Shown here piece after piece: positions 14,530-32,021 of a DNA stretch of 64,000 nucleotides. The notes below the pieces were generated by a model. It was not told where the DNA came from and searched no databases. It saw only the letters and a program-made list of their open reading frames with translations. This DNA is from the human T2T-CHM13v2.0 reference genome, Homo sapiens. Position 1 is the first letter of the stretch; each line of letters begins with the position of its first letter. The position numbers were made by a program, and so were the translations under genes. The DNA lies in the NCBI RefSeq assembly GCF_009914755.1, contig NC_060939.1. The stretch is one strand, 5' to 3'.

Positions 14530-15892
14530 TCCAACTTTTAATTTCCAGGGTACATGGGCAGGTTTTTTACAGAGGTAAACGTGTGCCATGGTGGTCTGCC
14601 GCAGAGATCAACCCATCACCTAGGTATTAAGCCCAGGATCCATTAGCGATTCTTCCTGATACTCTCTCTACCCCCACACCCCCGACAGGCCCCAGAGTGT
14701 GTTGTTCCCCACGAAGTGGCCATGTGTTCTCATCATTCAGCTCCACTTATAAATGACAGCATGCAGTGTTTGGTTTTCTTTTCCTGCATTAGTTTGCTAA
14801 GGATAACGGCTTCCAGCTCCATCCACATCCCTGCAAAGGACATAATCTTGTTCCTTTTTATGGCTGCATTTCTCTAATGATCAATGATGTTGAGCTTTTT
14901 TTCATGTTTGCTGGCTGCATGTATGTCTTCTTTTGAGAAGTGTCTGTTCATGTCTTTTGCCTACTTTTTGGTGAGGTTGTTGGTTTTTTTTCTTGCAAAT
15001 TTGTTTAAGTTCCTTGTAGACTGGGTACTAAACCTTCATCAGATGGACAAATTGCAAAAATGTTCTCTTATTCTGTAGGTTGTTCACTCTGATGATAGTT
15101 TCTTTTGCTATGCAGAAGCTGTTTAGTTTAATTAGATCCCATTTACTAATTTTTGCTTTTGTTGCAATTGCTTTTGGTGTTTTTGTCATGAAATCTTTGC
15201 CCATGCCTATGGTCCTGAATGGTACTGCCTAGATTTTTTTCTAGGGTTTTATAGTTTGGGGTTTTACATTTAAGTCTTTAATCTATCTTGAGTTAATTTT
15301 TGTATAAGGTATAGGGAAGGGGTCCAGTTTCAATTTTCTGCATATGGCTAGCCAGTTATCCTAGCACCATTTATTGAATAGGGAATCCTTTCCCCATTGC
15401 TTGTTTTTGTCATGTTTGTCAATAATCAGATGGTTCTAGGTGTGTGGTCTTATTTCTGAGTTCTCTATTATGTTCCATTGGTCTATGTGTCTGCTTTTGT
15501 ACCAGTACCATGCTGTTTTGGTTACTACAGACTAGTAGTATAAAGTAGGGTAGCATGGTGTCTCCAGCTTTGTTCTTTTTGCTTAGGATTATATTGGCTA
15601 TTTAGGCCCTTTTTTGGTTCCATTTGAATTTTTAAACAGTTTTTTCTAATTCTGTGAAGAACATTAATGGTAGTTTAATGGGAATAACATTGAACCTAAA
15701 AATTACTTTGGGCAGTATGGTCGTTTTTACAATGGTGATTCTTCCCATCCATGAAGATGGAATGTTTTTTCCCATTTGTTCGTGTCCTGTTGAGCAGTGG
15801 TTTGTAGTTCCCCTTGAAGAGGTCCTTCACTTCCCTTATTAGCTGTATTCCTAGGTATTTTATTCTCTCTGTAGCAATTGTGAATGGGAACT
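14530..15892 (-). mobile_element. L1PA (about PA8-11) 3' fragment, preceded by a CT-rich degenerate tail at about 14395-14530
   Basis: Reverse-strand L1 3'UTR and ORF2 (IKYLGIQL in ORF 15696..15926). Confidence 0.88.
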
Positions 15893-16929
15893 TGTTAGAA
15901 ATGAAGAACTGAACTGCATACCCCATAGCAAATCAAAATTTGCATTGTTTTGTTTTAGTTTTTTTGTAGAGACAGAGTCTCTTTATGTTGGCCAGGCTGG
16001 TCTCAAACTCCTGGCCTCAAGCGATCCTCCTACCTCAGCCTCCCAAAGTGCTAGAAGTACAGGCATGAGCCACAGCACCTGGCCCCTAGAATCTGCATTT
16101 TTAATAAGATCTATTCATGTGAACATTAAACTTTGAAGAATGCCATTCTAACCAGAATTCTTATGTACTCAGAATGGGTTACTGGTGTGCCAAGATATTG
16201 ATCCTCTTAGTTTTCCAGGTATAAACACAGGTTTATGAAATAGAGATAATAATATGAGTATCAGTCTCAAAGAGTTGACTTATGGTTATAGGGCTTAAAT
16301 GAGATATTACACATAAAGTATACCATGTTTGACATATGTAAATACTTCATAAATGTTAGCTATTATTAGCTGTTCGTACCCTTTTGTTTTTTTTTGACTC
16401 CGTTTGCTTTTTCATTAATAATTTGCGATCACATAAGCTATACATACGAAACACAGAGAAAGTTAACCACCTATTCTAATTCTATATTAAACCATGCGGT
16501 TTTTAAAAAGTACATTAAAAATGAAAAAATTAAATGACGAATGTCATGCTATTTCTTACTCTAGATTATACTGCACCCAAGGGCAGGGATGAGGTTAATA
16601 TTCCTTTTATATACTTATATTACTTGAAGAACCCATTTTGCTCTGGATGGATGTTAAATAAACTGAGCCATAGAATTAATATTACTCTAAAAATAATTTA
16701 AATAAATCATGTTAAGACCTCAGAAATTACCAACTTTTCATAATTCATACACTTATTCATTCATTCAATAAATAATTATAGGACCAGACTAAAGTTGAGA
16801 TGACATTCTTACCTACGCTTTGCCAAATAAATTCAGTAACTTTCTAATTATTTAAAATAAAAGATGAAAGTTATAAATAGTTATTTAAAATTATGATATA
16901 CACACAAAACTGAAGTTCTAACCAATTTA

Positions 16930-17421
<492 letters not shown>

Positions 17422-18311
17422 TCACTGCAACCACTCCCTTCCAGGCTCAAGCAATCCTCCCACCTCAGCCTCCTAAGTATCTGAGACTGCAGGCACGTGT
17501 CACCACACCCCAGCTAATTTTTGTATTTTTTGTAGAGATGCTTCGCCATTTTCTCCAGGCTGGTTGCAAACTCCTGAGCTCAAGCAATCCGCCTGTTTTG
17601 ACCTCCCAAAGTGCCAGGATTATAAGCGTGAGCCACTATGCCCAGCCCAGAATTTGATTTTAAGTGGTATAGTGCCATCACTTTTTAAAACTCTGATAAA
17701 AATGTTTCCTTTTCCATGTTTTTCCCCCAATTTTTCATATTACTTTCAAAAGTCTCAGTTCAGTGACCGTATGTTTTTGGGTTTTGTTTTGTTTTGTTTT
17801 AGATGGAATCTCACTCTGTCACCCAGGCTGGAGTACGGTGGCGCAATCTTAGCTCACTGCAACCTCCGCCTCCCGTGTTTAAGTGATTCTCCTGTCTCAG
17901 CCTCCTGAGTAGCTGGGATTACAGGTGCCCACCACCACACTTGGCTAATTTTTATATTTTTAGTAGAGACAGGGTTTCACCATGTTGGCCAAGCTGCTCT
18001 TGAACTCCTGACCTCAGGTGATCCACCTGTCTCGGCCTGACTGTATGTTTTTAATACTACCCTTAACTCTTGCTTATCTCCTATTCTGACAAAAGGAGAC
18101 AGGCCTCAGGCTCAGAACCTTGAAGCAAGCAATGATAAATAAACAGATTTTATTAACAATTAGTTGTTATTGAATTTATTTTTGTTTTTACCTTCTATTT
18201 AAGTGATACTGGTATTAATGTACATTTAAGTTAGTTTCAAGAAGTATACAGTATAGACTTAAGCGCCAGCACTGCCATTTTGGCAACAGGACCTTAAGAC
18301 AGCTCACCTAA

Positions 18312-18672
<361 letters not shown>

Positions 18673-19891
18673 TGATCCACCCACCTCGGCCTCCCAAAGT
18701 GCTGGGATTACAGGCGTGAGCCGCCGCGCCCGGCCTATGTTCCCAGTTTTAAACAATATGTAATATACTTTTACAATACGCTCAATTGATCCTCAAAACT
18801 CTGAGGGGCATATTTTCTCAGCCCTCTTATGTTTTAGAAAACAGAGACTAAAGGGGTTAAAAGGCCAATATGTCATGGTCACAATGCCAACAGGCAATGA
18901 GAGGGCCTAGAACTCAGATGTGTGAACCCAAAGACCCGTGCTACCCACATAAAAAATGACACTCAAGCAATCCTCGTTTTTTTATGGGCAGATGGCTCAT
19001 ATTATGTTTACCAACATAAAGTGACTTAAAAGGTTTAACTGACATTAACACCTGTTGGAAATTAACATATTTGTGGATGCAGTTTGTCATGACATTTATT
19101 TCCACAAGTGGTTTTTAGCCTAATAAGAGTCAAAATAGTACATTTAATGTCTCTATTGATTAGAATTCTTACTTCTTTCTCCCTTTAAAACAAAACAAAT
19201 GAAAATAGCCAGTAAACTCAAAGAATGACTATTTAGATTTGGGCTGCAATTTTGTGAAAATCCTAATATTACATAGGTAGAAAAATTCTCACACAACTCA
19301 AAGTTATCTTCATATCAGGTCCAGAATTCCTCTTTGCATTTATAAATTAAGAGCAAATATTACTGTCACTGAAAGACTTATGGCTACCAGAAATTGCTGA
19401 GTTCTAGCTAAAAAAAAAAAAAAAAAAAAAAAAAAGCTACATCCCTATAATTTCAATAATCCTAGATACCACCAAGGCACAGGGGAAAGGGCCATTTCCT
19501 CATTCCCATCAAACTTTTCTTGATCAGGACAAGAGCTAAAAACCCGGGCTAAATGGAGATACACTGTTCCAAAGTCCCTATCTTTGTTAACGAACCTCCT
19601 GAGGAAACCAGACATTAGTCCAGGCCAGGATCAAAGTGGGCAGTTTACTTACCTAGTGGGATGAGAGGCTGCTAGGTCCTTATAAATCATTTAGAACAGG
19701 ACCCCAAAAATGTTGATTTTTTTTCCGTAAAAATTCAAAGCTCCTGATACACTACTCTTTTGGCTTAGCTTCTGGATGGTGCCTAGCAAAGTATCTCATA
19801 CAAACGGACATTTTGAAATATTCCCAAGAGATAAGTCACTAAGAATTTTTCATAATGATAATTAGGCAGTAAATAACAAAAACAATTATCA

Positions 19892-20086
<195 letters not shown>

Positions 20087-21409
20087 CTATAAAAAAGCCG
20101 AGAAAAACATACTAGTCAAGATTGTATACAAATAAATGGATAAGGAAGGTAATGTTAAGTTAAAATAATCACTTTGCTGAATTCATTACAACATCGTCCA
20201 GGAATGAATTCAAGTTGAGCTCAAGAGGGTTGCTATATATTTAGATCAGTTTAGCTTAACCCCTTGTGGCCAAGTTGGTGTTACTGATGACAGAAAGGAG
20301 GCAGAACCATGAAGTCTCCCCATTAGTGATATACTCTCTTATGAATGTTCCTACCTGCCTTTCTGAGTAGCTAATTACGATGATATCACGTAACAACTGT
20401 TTATCCCTTATAGCTTACAAAGACTTTTCTCACAGCTTGTTTCCCCAGATCCTCATGGCTCTCTCTAAGACAGAACAGGTATTAATGACATTGAAAAGAA
20501 ATAGAACCCAGCCAGTCACAGAGGGACAAATACTATATGATTCTGCTCATACGAAGTATCTAAAGTAGTCATAATAATAGAAGCAGAAGATAGAAAGGTG
20601 GTTGCCAAAGGCTGGGTGTAGGCAGAAGGTTGTTCAGTGGGTAAAGAGTTTCAGTGTCACAAGATGAAAAAGTTCTTAAGATCTGTTACACAACAATGTG
20701 AATATACTTAATACTACTGAACGCTATATCTACACTACTGAACTATATTCTTAAAAACGGTTAAGATGATAAATTAATGTCATATGCTTAACCATAAAAA
20801 AAAAGATAAGGAACCCATCTAAGATCACAGAGCTTACAAATAGCAGAAACATGACTAAAATCTGGGTCTTTTGACTCCCACAAAAAAGCAATGTTCTTTT
20901 CATTACAAAACATTAATAAAAAGCTTGTTCAAGCCAATGAGTTATGAAATCCATTTGAATGCTCCATATCATAAGCCATCAGGGAATGCAAACCCAAATC
21001 ACAATGAGATACCACTTCACAACTACCTAGGTGGCCATAACAAAAAAAGCAGAAAATAACAAGTATTGGCCAAGATGTAAAAAATAATGTAAAAAGATCA
21101 GCAAGATTGCAGGATACAAGATAATGTTACAAAAATTACTTGTATTTCCCTCCCACCTCAGCCTCCTGAGTAACTAGGACTATAGGCATGTGCTACCACA
21201 CCTAGCTAATTTTAAAATTTTTGTAGAGATAGGGTCTCCTGGCCTCAAGTGATCCACCCACTTCAGCCTCCCAAAGTGCTGGGATTACAGGCATGAGCCA
21301 CTGCACCCAGCCACCATAATAAGCTTTTCATACGATATAAAATGAAGTACATAGTTTTAACATCTAAAAATCAATCAATGTAATACACCATATAAACAGA
21401 ATAAAAAAT

Positions 21410-22025
21410 GACTCTTTATGGATTCTTTAGGATTTTTCATATACAAAATCACAGTTGCCCAGGTTGGTCTCTAACTCCTGGTCTCAAATAAGCCTCCTGC
21501 CTGAGTCTCCCAAAGTGCTGGGATTACAGGCGTGAGCCACCAGTTGTGTGTATTTTATGGCCGAAGATGTGTATATTTTATGGTTGTAACTGATAAAACA
21601 GACTGGTGTCTACAAAATCACGTCCTCTGCAAACAGAGCTAGTTTTACTTCTCCCTTTCCAACGTGGATGCCTTTTACTACTTTTCTTCCCTAAATTCCT
21701 TGGTAGAACCTCCAATACAATATTGAACAGATATAGCAAAAGCAGACATCCTTGTCTTGTTTCTGACTTCAGGAGGAAAACATCCACTGTTTCAGCATTA
21801 ACTATGATATTAACTGTGAGTTTCTCATAGATGTCCTTTATCAGGTTGAGGAAGTTCCCTTCTAAGTTTGTTGAAATATTTTTATCCTGAAAGGGTACTG
21901 GATTTTGTCAAATGTTTTTGCTACATCTACTGAGATGATAATGTGGTTTTTATTATATTTATATGGTGTATTACATTGATTGGTTTTCAAATGTTAAAAC
22001 TATGTACTTCATTGTATATCATATG
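21410..22025 (-). mobile_element. Old L1 ORF2 RT-region fragment, locally rearranged
   Basis: ORF 21578..21787 (ETRQGCLLLLYLFNIVLEVL) matches the L1 RT motif RQGCPLSPLLFNIVLEVL. Confidence 0.8.
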
Positions 22026-22041
22026 AAAAGCTTATTATGCT

Positions 22042-22340
22042 GGCTGGGCGTGGTGGCTCACACCTGTAATCCCAGCACTTTGGGAGGCCGAGGCAGATGA
22101 ATCACTTGAATCCAGGAGTTCGAATCAGCCTGGCCAACGTGATGAAACCCCATCTCTACTAAAAATATAAAATTAGCCGGATGTGGTGCCATACGCCTAT
22201 AATCTCAGCTACTCGGGAAGCTGAGACATGAGAACTGCTTGAACCCAGGAGGTGGAGGTTACAATGAGCCGAGATCATACCACTGTACTTCAGCCTGGGC
22301 GACTCTGTCTCAAAAAAACAAAAAAAACAAAAACAAAAAC
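22042..22340 (+). mobile_element. AluS
   Basis: Full dimer; TSD aaaagcttattatgc at 22026-22040 and 22341-22355. Confidence 0.9.
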
Positions 22341-23604
22341 AAAAGCTTATTATGCCATATCACTTCATTATTAATGATGATGTTAATATTAATGACTGAT
22401 TTCAGGTGATGACAGTATGATAACCCCATTGTAAAGTTTCAGTTTTTTCCCCTTATGACTAGCAAATAATCAATAATTTAGAAGTATGTAAATGTAAATA
22501 CTGTTCCTCATCAACCTAAGTCTTAAGAATTTTAGCATCCTTGTCTGAATCAAATATTTCCTTATGGTTGACAAAATGTTGATTTTTCTAGTTCTATCAT
22601 TCCTTGTCTAATAGCTAGCATTTCTCTAGAAAGAAAAGCTTTTCCTAATGAACTAGAGATACTTGGTTACCATGAAATACAATTCTTATTGAAAAGGCAG
22701 GATAAGCGCTTACTTCATTCCCTTTACCAATTTTAATAGTAAGAAATTGATAGTACAGCTACTTGTCATTGTCAGAAACAGGTTTTACTTCATCTAGCTC
22801 TCATTTAGGTTTCATTAGGAACTCACGGATTTTTATATATTCAATGTGATTCAATCAATTATATTGGTTATTTATTGTTTTTTCTTTTGATGCTTCAATT
22901 ATCCAAGTAAGGTCAATGTGAACCTTTTCAAGCTGGGTCCTACGTTCTTTTGCATGAGCTTGCCTTATACTTCCCCTGACCCAGACCTGGAACCAGGTAT
23001 TTCTGACAACAAGAAATACCTTATTGCTGTAAGAGCAGAATGGTACTTAAAAGATCAACATATGTGCCCTACAGGTGTTTGCTGCTTTAGGGATATCCAC
23101 AACAGTTTAAAGAGCGCAAAAACTATTTATTCCTTGAAGTTGTGAAATAATTCATCTGTAAAACTTCTGAACATGGCATTCTGGGGCAAGTACTTTCTTG
23201 TGAAAATTTTCTGAATTTCTTCAATGTAACTGACCAAGTTTTCTCTCTGCTTTCTAATAAAAATATTGCACTCTATACTATCTGATAAGATAATCCATTT
23301 TCAAGTGTAATTGCACAAAATCATTAAAAGAGTATTTTATAATCCTCGTGATTCCTTCTGTATTTGTGATTCTATGGTTATTTTCCTATTCTCATTTCTA
23401 ATTGTCTATATCTGGGCTTGCTCAAACTTCTTTATTTCCTTGACTGGGATATATCTATGTAATCTAATTGACATTTTCTTTAAGAAAAGCAATTACTGAA
23501 TTTATATATCAGCTCTACACTTCTAATTCACTATATGCTACTCTTATCTATTAATAATTACTTCCTTTTGTTCATTTAGGCTTATATGTTGTGTACTATT
23601 TTCC

Positions 23605-23881
23605 TTTTTGAGATAGTCTCACTCTGTCGCCCAGGATGGAGTGCAGTGGCATGATCTTGGCTCACTGCAACCTCCACCTCCCAGGTTCAAGTGATTCTCG
23701 TGCCTCAGTCCCCCCAAGTAGCTGCAATTACAGGTGTGTGCCACCACACCTGGCTAATTTTTGTATTTTTAGTAGAGACAGGGTTTCATCATGTTGGCCA
23801 GGCTGGTCTCAAACTCCTGACCTCAGGTGATTGAGCCTCCCAAAGTGCCAGGATTACAGGCATGAGCCATAGCGCCCGACC
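23605..23881 (-). mobile_element. AluS about 260 bp downstream of exon 4
   Basis: Reverse-strand Alu dimer. Confidence 0.88.
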
Positions 23882-24121
23882 TGTGTACTCTTATGTATCA
23901 AGTTGATTGCTTAACAAAACATATTCTGAATTCATCTTTTCATTGTAAATTCATTCTCTCTTTAGAGACATTATCAAATCCTTAGTTTCTTTGGAGCTAG
24001 AAAAAAAGCCTCCTTACACCTAAATATGAGAATAAAAACAGCAGGGTTCTAACTGGAATCTATACACATAACATTTATTCTTATCTAATCTCAGCAAACT
24101 TAAAATAGTTAACAATTTTTA

Positions 24122-24352
<231 letters not shown>

Positions 24353-24603
24353 TTAATTGAGTTCAATGTAATATTAACTGGATGTAACAAAAACCATTTT
24401 CGATTAGTTACCTAAAAAACAAACCAACAAACCAAAACTTCCAAATTCTGAATACTTCATCATAACAAAAATGAACTGCCAAAATTGATAAGCTTTTGAA
24501 ACATAACTCTAATTTTTAAATAACAGTTGTTTAAATTTTGACTAATGGAGAAGAATAGATTGCAAAGTGTGCGAAAATAATCTATACAACACCTAGAATT
24601 TTT

Positions 24604-24755
24604 TTTTTAATTGTTATACTTTAAGTTTTAGGGTACATGTGCACATTGTGCAGGTTAGTTACATACGTATACATGTGCCATGCTGGTGTGCTGCACCCAC
24701 TAACTCGTCATCTAGCATTAGGTATATCTCCCAATGCTATCCCTCCCCACTCCCC
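24604..24755 (-). mobile_element. 5'-truncated young L1 3' end (L1PA2-like)
   Basis: Reverse complement reads GATGACGAGTTAGTGGG...AACTAACCTGCACAATG...AAACTTAAAGTAT (GAG and TAAAG diagnostics, so not L1HS-Ta); TSD cctagaattttt at 24592-24603 and 24756-24767. Confidence 0.9.
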
Positions 24756-24776
24756 CCTAGAATTTTTGAGTGATAA

Positions 24777-25103
<327 letters not shown>

Positions 25104-25117
25104 TAAAAAAACTCATG

Positions 25118-26983
25118 CCCTCTCCCTCTCCCTCTCCCTCTCCCTCTCTCCACGGTCTCCTTCCATGGTCTCCCTCTGATGCCGAGCCAAAGCTGGACGG
25201 TACTGCTGCCATCTCGGCTCACTGCAACCTCCCCGCCTGATTCTCCTGCCTCAGCCTGCAGAGTGCCTGCGATTGCAGGCGCGCGCCGCCACGCCTGACT
25301 GGTTTTCGTTTTTTTTTTTTTTTGGTGGAGACGGGGTTTTGCTGTGTTGGCCGGGCCAGTCTCCAGCCCCTAACCGCGAGTGATCCGCCAGCCTCGGCCT
25401 CCCGAGGCGCCGGGATTGCAGACGGAGTCTCGTTCACTCAGTGCTCAATGGTGCCCAGGCTGGAGTGCAGTGGCGTGATCTCAGCTCGCTACAACCTCCA
25501 CCTCCCAGCCGCCTGCCTTGGCCTCCCAAAGTGCGGAGATTGCAGCCTCTGCACGGCCGCCACCCCGTCTGGGAAGTGAGGAGCGTCTCTGCCCGGCCGC
25601 CATCCCATCTAGGAAGCGAGGAGCGCCTCTTCCCCGCCGCCATCCCATCTGGGAAGTGAGGAGCGTCTCTGCCCGGCCGCCCATCGTCTGAGATGTGGGG
25701 AGCGCCTCTGCCCCGCCGCCCTGTCTGGGATGTGAGGAGCGCCTCTGCTGGGCCGCAACCCTGTCTGGGAGGTGAGGAGCCTCTCTGCCCGGCCGCCCCG
25801 TCTGAGAAGTGAGGAAACCCTCTGCCTGGCAACCGCCCCGTCTGAGAAGTGAGGAGCCCCTCCGTCCGGCAGCCACCCCGTCTGGGAAGTGAGGAGCGTC
25901 TCCGCCCGGCAGCCACCGCGTCCGGGAGGGAGGTGGGAGGGGGTCAGCCCCCCGCCCGGCCAGCCGCCCCGTCCGGGAGGTGAGGGGCTCCTTTGCCCGG
26001 CCGCCCCTACTGGGAAGTGAGGAGCCCCTCTGCCCGGCCAGTCGCCCCGTCCAGGAGGGAGGTGGGGGGGTCAGCCCCCCGCCCGGCCGGCCGCCCCGTC
26101 CGGGAGGTGAGGGGCGCCTCTGCCCGGCCGCCCCTACTGGGAAGTGAGGACCCCTCTGCCCGGCCAGCCGCCCCGTCCGGGAGGGAGGTGGGGGGGTCAG
26201 CCCCCCGCCCGGCCAGCCGCCCTATCCAGGAGGTGAGGAGCGCCTCTGCCCGGCCGCCCCTACTGGGAAGTGAGGAGCCCCTCTGCCTGGCCAGCCGCCC
26301 CGTCCGGGAGGGTGGTGGGGGGGTCAGCCCCCCGCCCGGCCAGCCGCCCCATCCGGGAGGTGAGGGGCGCTTCTGCCCGGCCGCCCCTACTGGGAAGTGG
26401 GGAGCCCCTCTGCCCGGCCACGACCCCGTCTGGGAGGTGTGCCCAGCGGCTCATTGGGGATGGGCCATGATGACAATGGCGGTTTTGTGGAATAGAAGGG
26501 CGGGAAGGGTGGGGAGGAAATTGAGAAATCGGATGGTTGCCGGGTCTGTGTGGATGGAAGTAGACATGGGAGACTTTTCATTTTGTTCTGTACTAAGAAA
26601 AATTCTTCTGCCTTGGGATCCTGTTGATCTGTGACCTTATCCCCAACCTTGTGCTCTCTGAAACATGTGCTGTGTCCACTCAGGGTTAAATGGATTAAGG
26701 GTGCGAGATGTGCTTTGTTAAACAGATGCTTGAAGGCAGCATGCTCGTTAAGAGTCATCACCACTCCCTAATCTTAAGTACCCAGGGACACAAACACTGC
26801 GGAAGGCCGCAGGGTCCTCTGCCTAGGAAAACCAGAGACCTTTGTTCACTTGTTTATCTGCTGACCTTCCCTCCACTATTGTCCTATGACCCTGCCAAAT
26901 CCCCCTCTGGGAGAAACACCCAAGAATGATCAATTAAAAAAAAAAAAATCTGAGAAAAAAAAAAATAAAAATAAAAATAAAAT
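25118..26983 (+). mobile_element. Full-length SVA retrotransposon (probably a younger D-F subfamily), antisense to UBR1 in intron 3
   Basis: (CCCTCT)5 at 25118-25147, Alu-like domain, GC-rich VNTR about 25545-26440, SINE-R, A-tail; 13-bp TSD aaaaaaactcatg at 25105-25117 and 26984-26996; TT/AAAA endonuclease site. Confidence 0.97.
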
Positions 26984-27119
26984 AAAAAAACTCATGATGA
27001 TTACATAGTACTTAAGAAATGTATAAAGTATTTTAATTTACACAAATATCCCATAGCAACTAAAACTTATTTATAAACTTTATCCTTTCAGTGTTGTTGA
27101 AAAAAAATTATCCAAAATA

Positions 27120-29310
<2,191 letters not shown>

Positions 29311-29329
29311 TTGAGGTGTCTATTTGAGC

Positions 29330-29649
29330 AAGAATCAGCAAACTTTCTGTGTAAGGAACCAAACAATAAATATTTTAGGTTTTGCAGGCCACATAGCCTC
29401 TGTCAAATTACTCAATGCTACTGCCGTATTGCAGAAGCAGCCACAGAGAATACAAAAGTGAATAAGCATGGCTTTGCTGCAATAAAACTTTATTTACGGG
29501 CACTGAAATTTTAATTTCATATAATTTTAATGTATCATGAAACATTTTTTTAAACTAACCATCTAAAAATATAAAAACATTCTCAGCTGTTTGAAGCCAT
29601 ATAAAAATAGTGAGCCAGATTTGACCCACAGGCTGTGGTTTATCATTCC

Positions 29650-29650
<1 letters not shown>
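29330..29650 (+). mobile_element. MER58-type hAT MITE
   Basis: CAGCAAACTTT...AAATATTTTAGGTTTTGCAGGCCA...CAATAAAACTTTATTTA...GCCAGATTTGACCC. Confidence 0.75.
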
Positions 29651-31070
<1,420 letters not shown>

Positions 31071-31901
31071 AAAATCCATATTTTTTAATCCAGTAATTCC
31101 ACTTCTGAGAACCTATCCTAAGGAAATAATCCTACATATAAAAAAATTATTTACACATAAAGGCATTTACTGTAACACTGTTTATCATTTTAAAAAAACT
31201 GAAACCCAAATAAATACCCCAATAATAGGTAAATTTAAAAATAAAATATGGTTAAATATTATATACATAATATGTTCTTAAAAAAGCACAATGTATAATT
31301 TTATATATTTTGCTTTTTACATTTAAAAGTATAACAAAATTTTATTTTTATAACTCCACAAACTTCCTTTGAAAACTACATTTTTTTCCTGATTAAAAGA
31401 GATAGTTGCAGAAATACACTCTTTTTATAGCTCATTTTTCTCATTTAACAACATGAAAAAAACATTTCTATTAAAAACAATCTTTAACAGTAAGTGTATG
31501 TTCGTTTCTATGTATGTATTTTTGAGAAAGAATACACAGAGGTTTACTGTAAGTTTTTTTTTTAGTAGTAAACTACTGAAAGGCTAGAGATCACAAAGAA
31601 GGGTCATATTACACACTGTAGAGCAAAGAGCTCAAAATTTTGTTTGTTTTCTTGTTCTCAAAAGTTGTTATGGACTATTCTGCAACTGAAGGTTTATCTT
31701 GGTCCTTTCATCACATAATATCTGATCTTGAGTCTCCCTAAAATTACTCCTTTTTTCTTTTCTGTAAAGCAACACACATCCCTTATCTCTTCCAATCTTT
31801 TCTTTAAAATGGCTATGTTCACATATCAGAGCTGTTATAGCAGGAATGTGAATACTACTCAAGAATTTGGACTAGATGGCCATCAGATTCCTGCTTATTC
31901 A

Positions 31902-32021
<120 letters not shown>

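Noticed and set aside
25219-26929. Long ORFs (up to 213 aa) in the GC-rich block, which also resembles a CpG island or repeat array
   Set aside because: All lie inside the SVA Alu-like, VNTR and SINE-R domains; not a gene, host promoter or CRISPR array.
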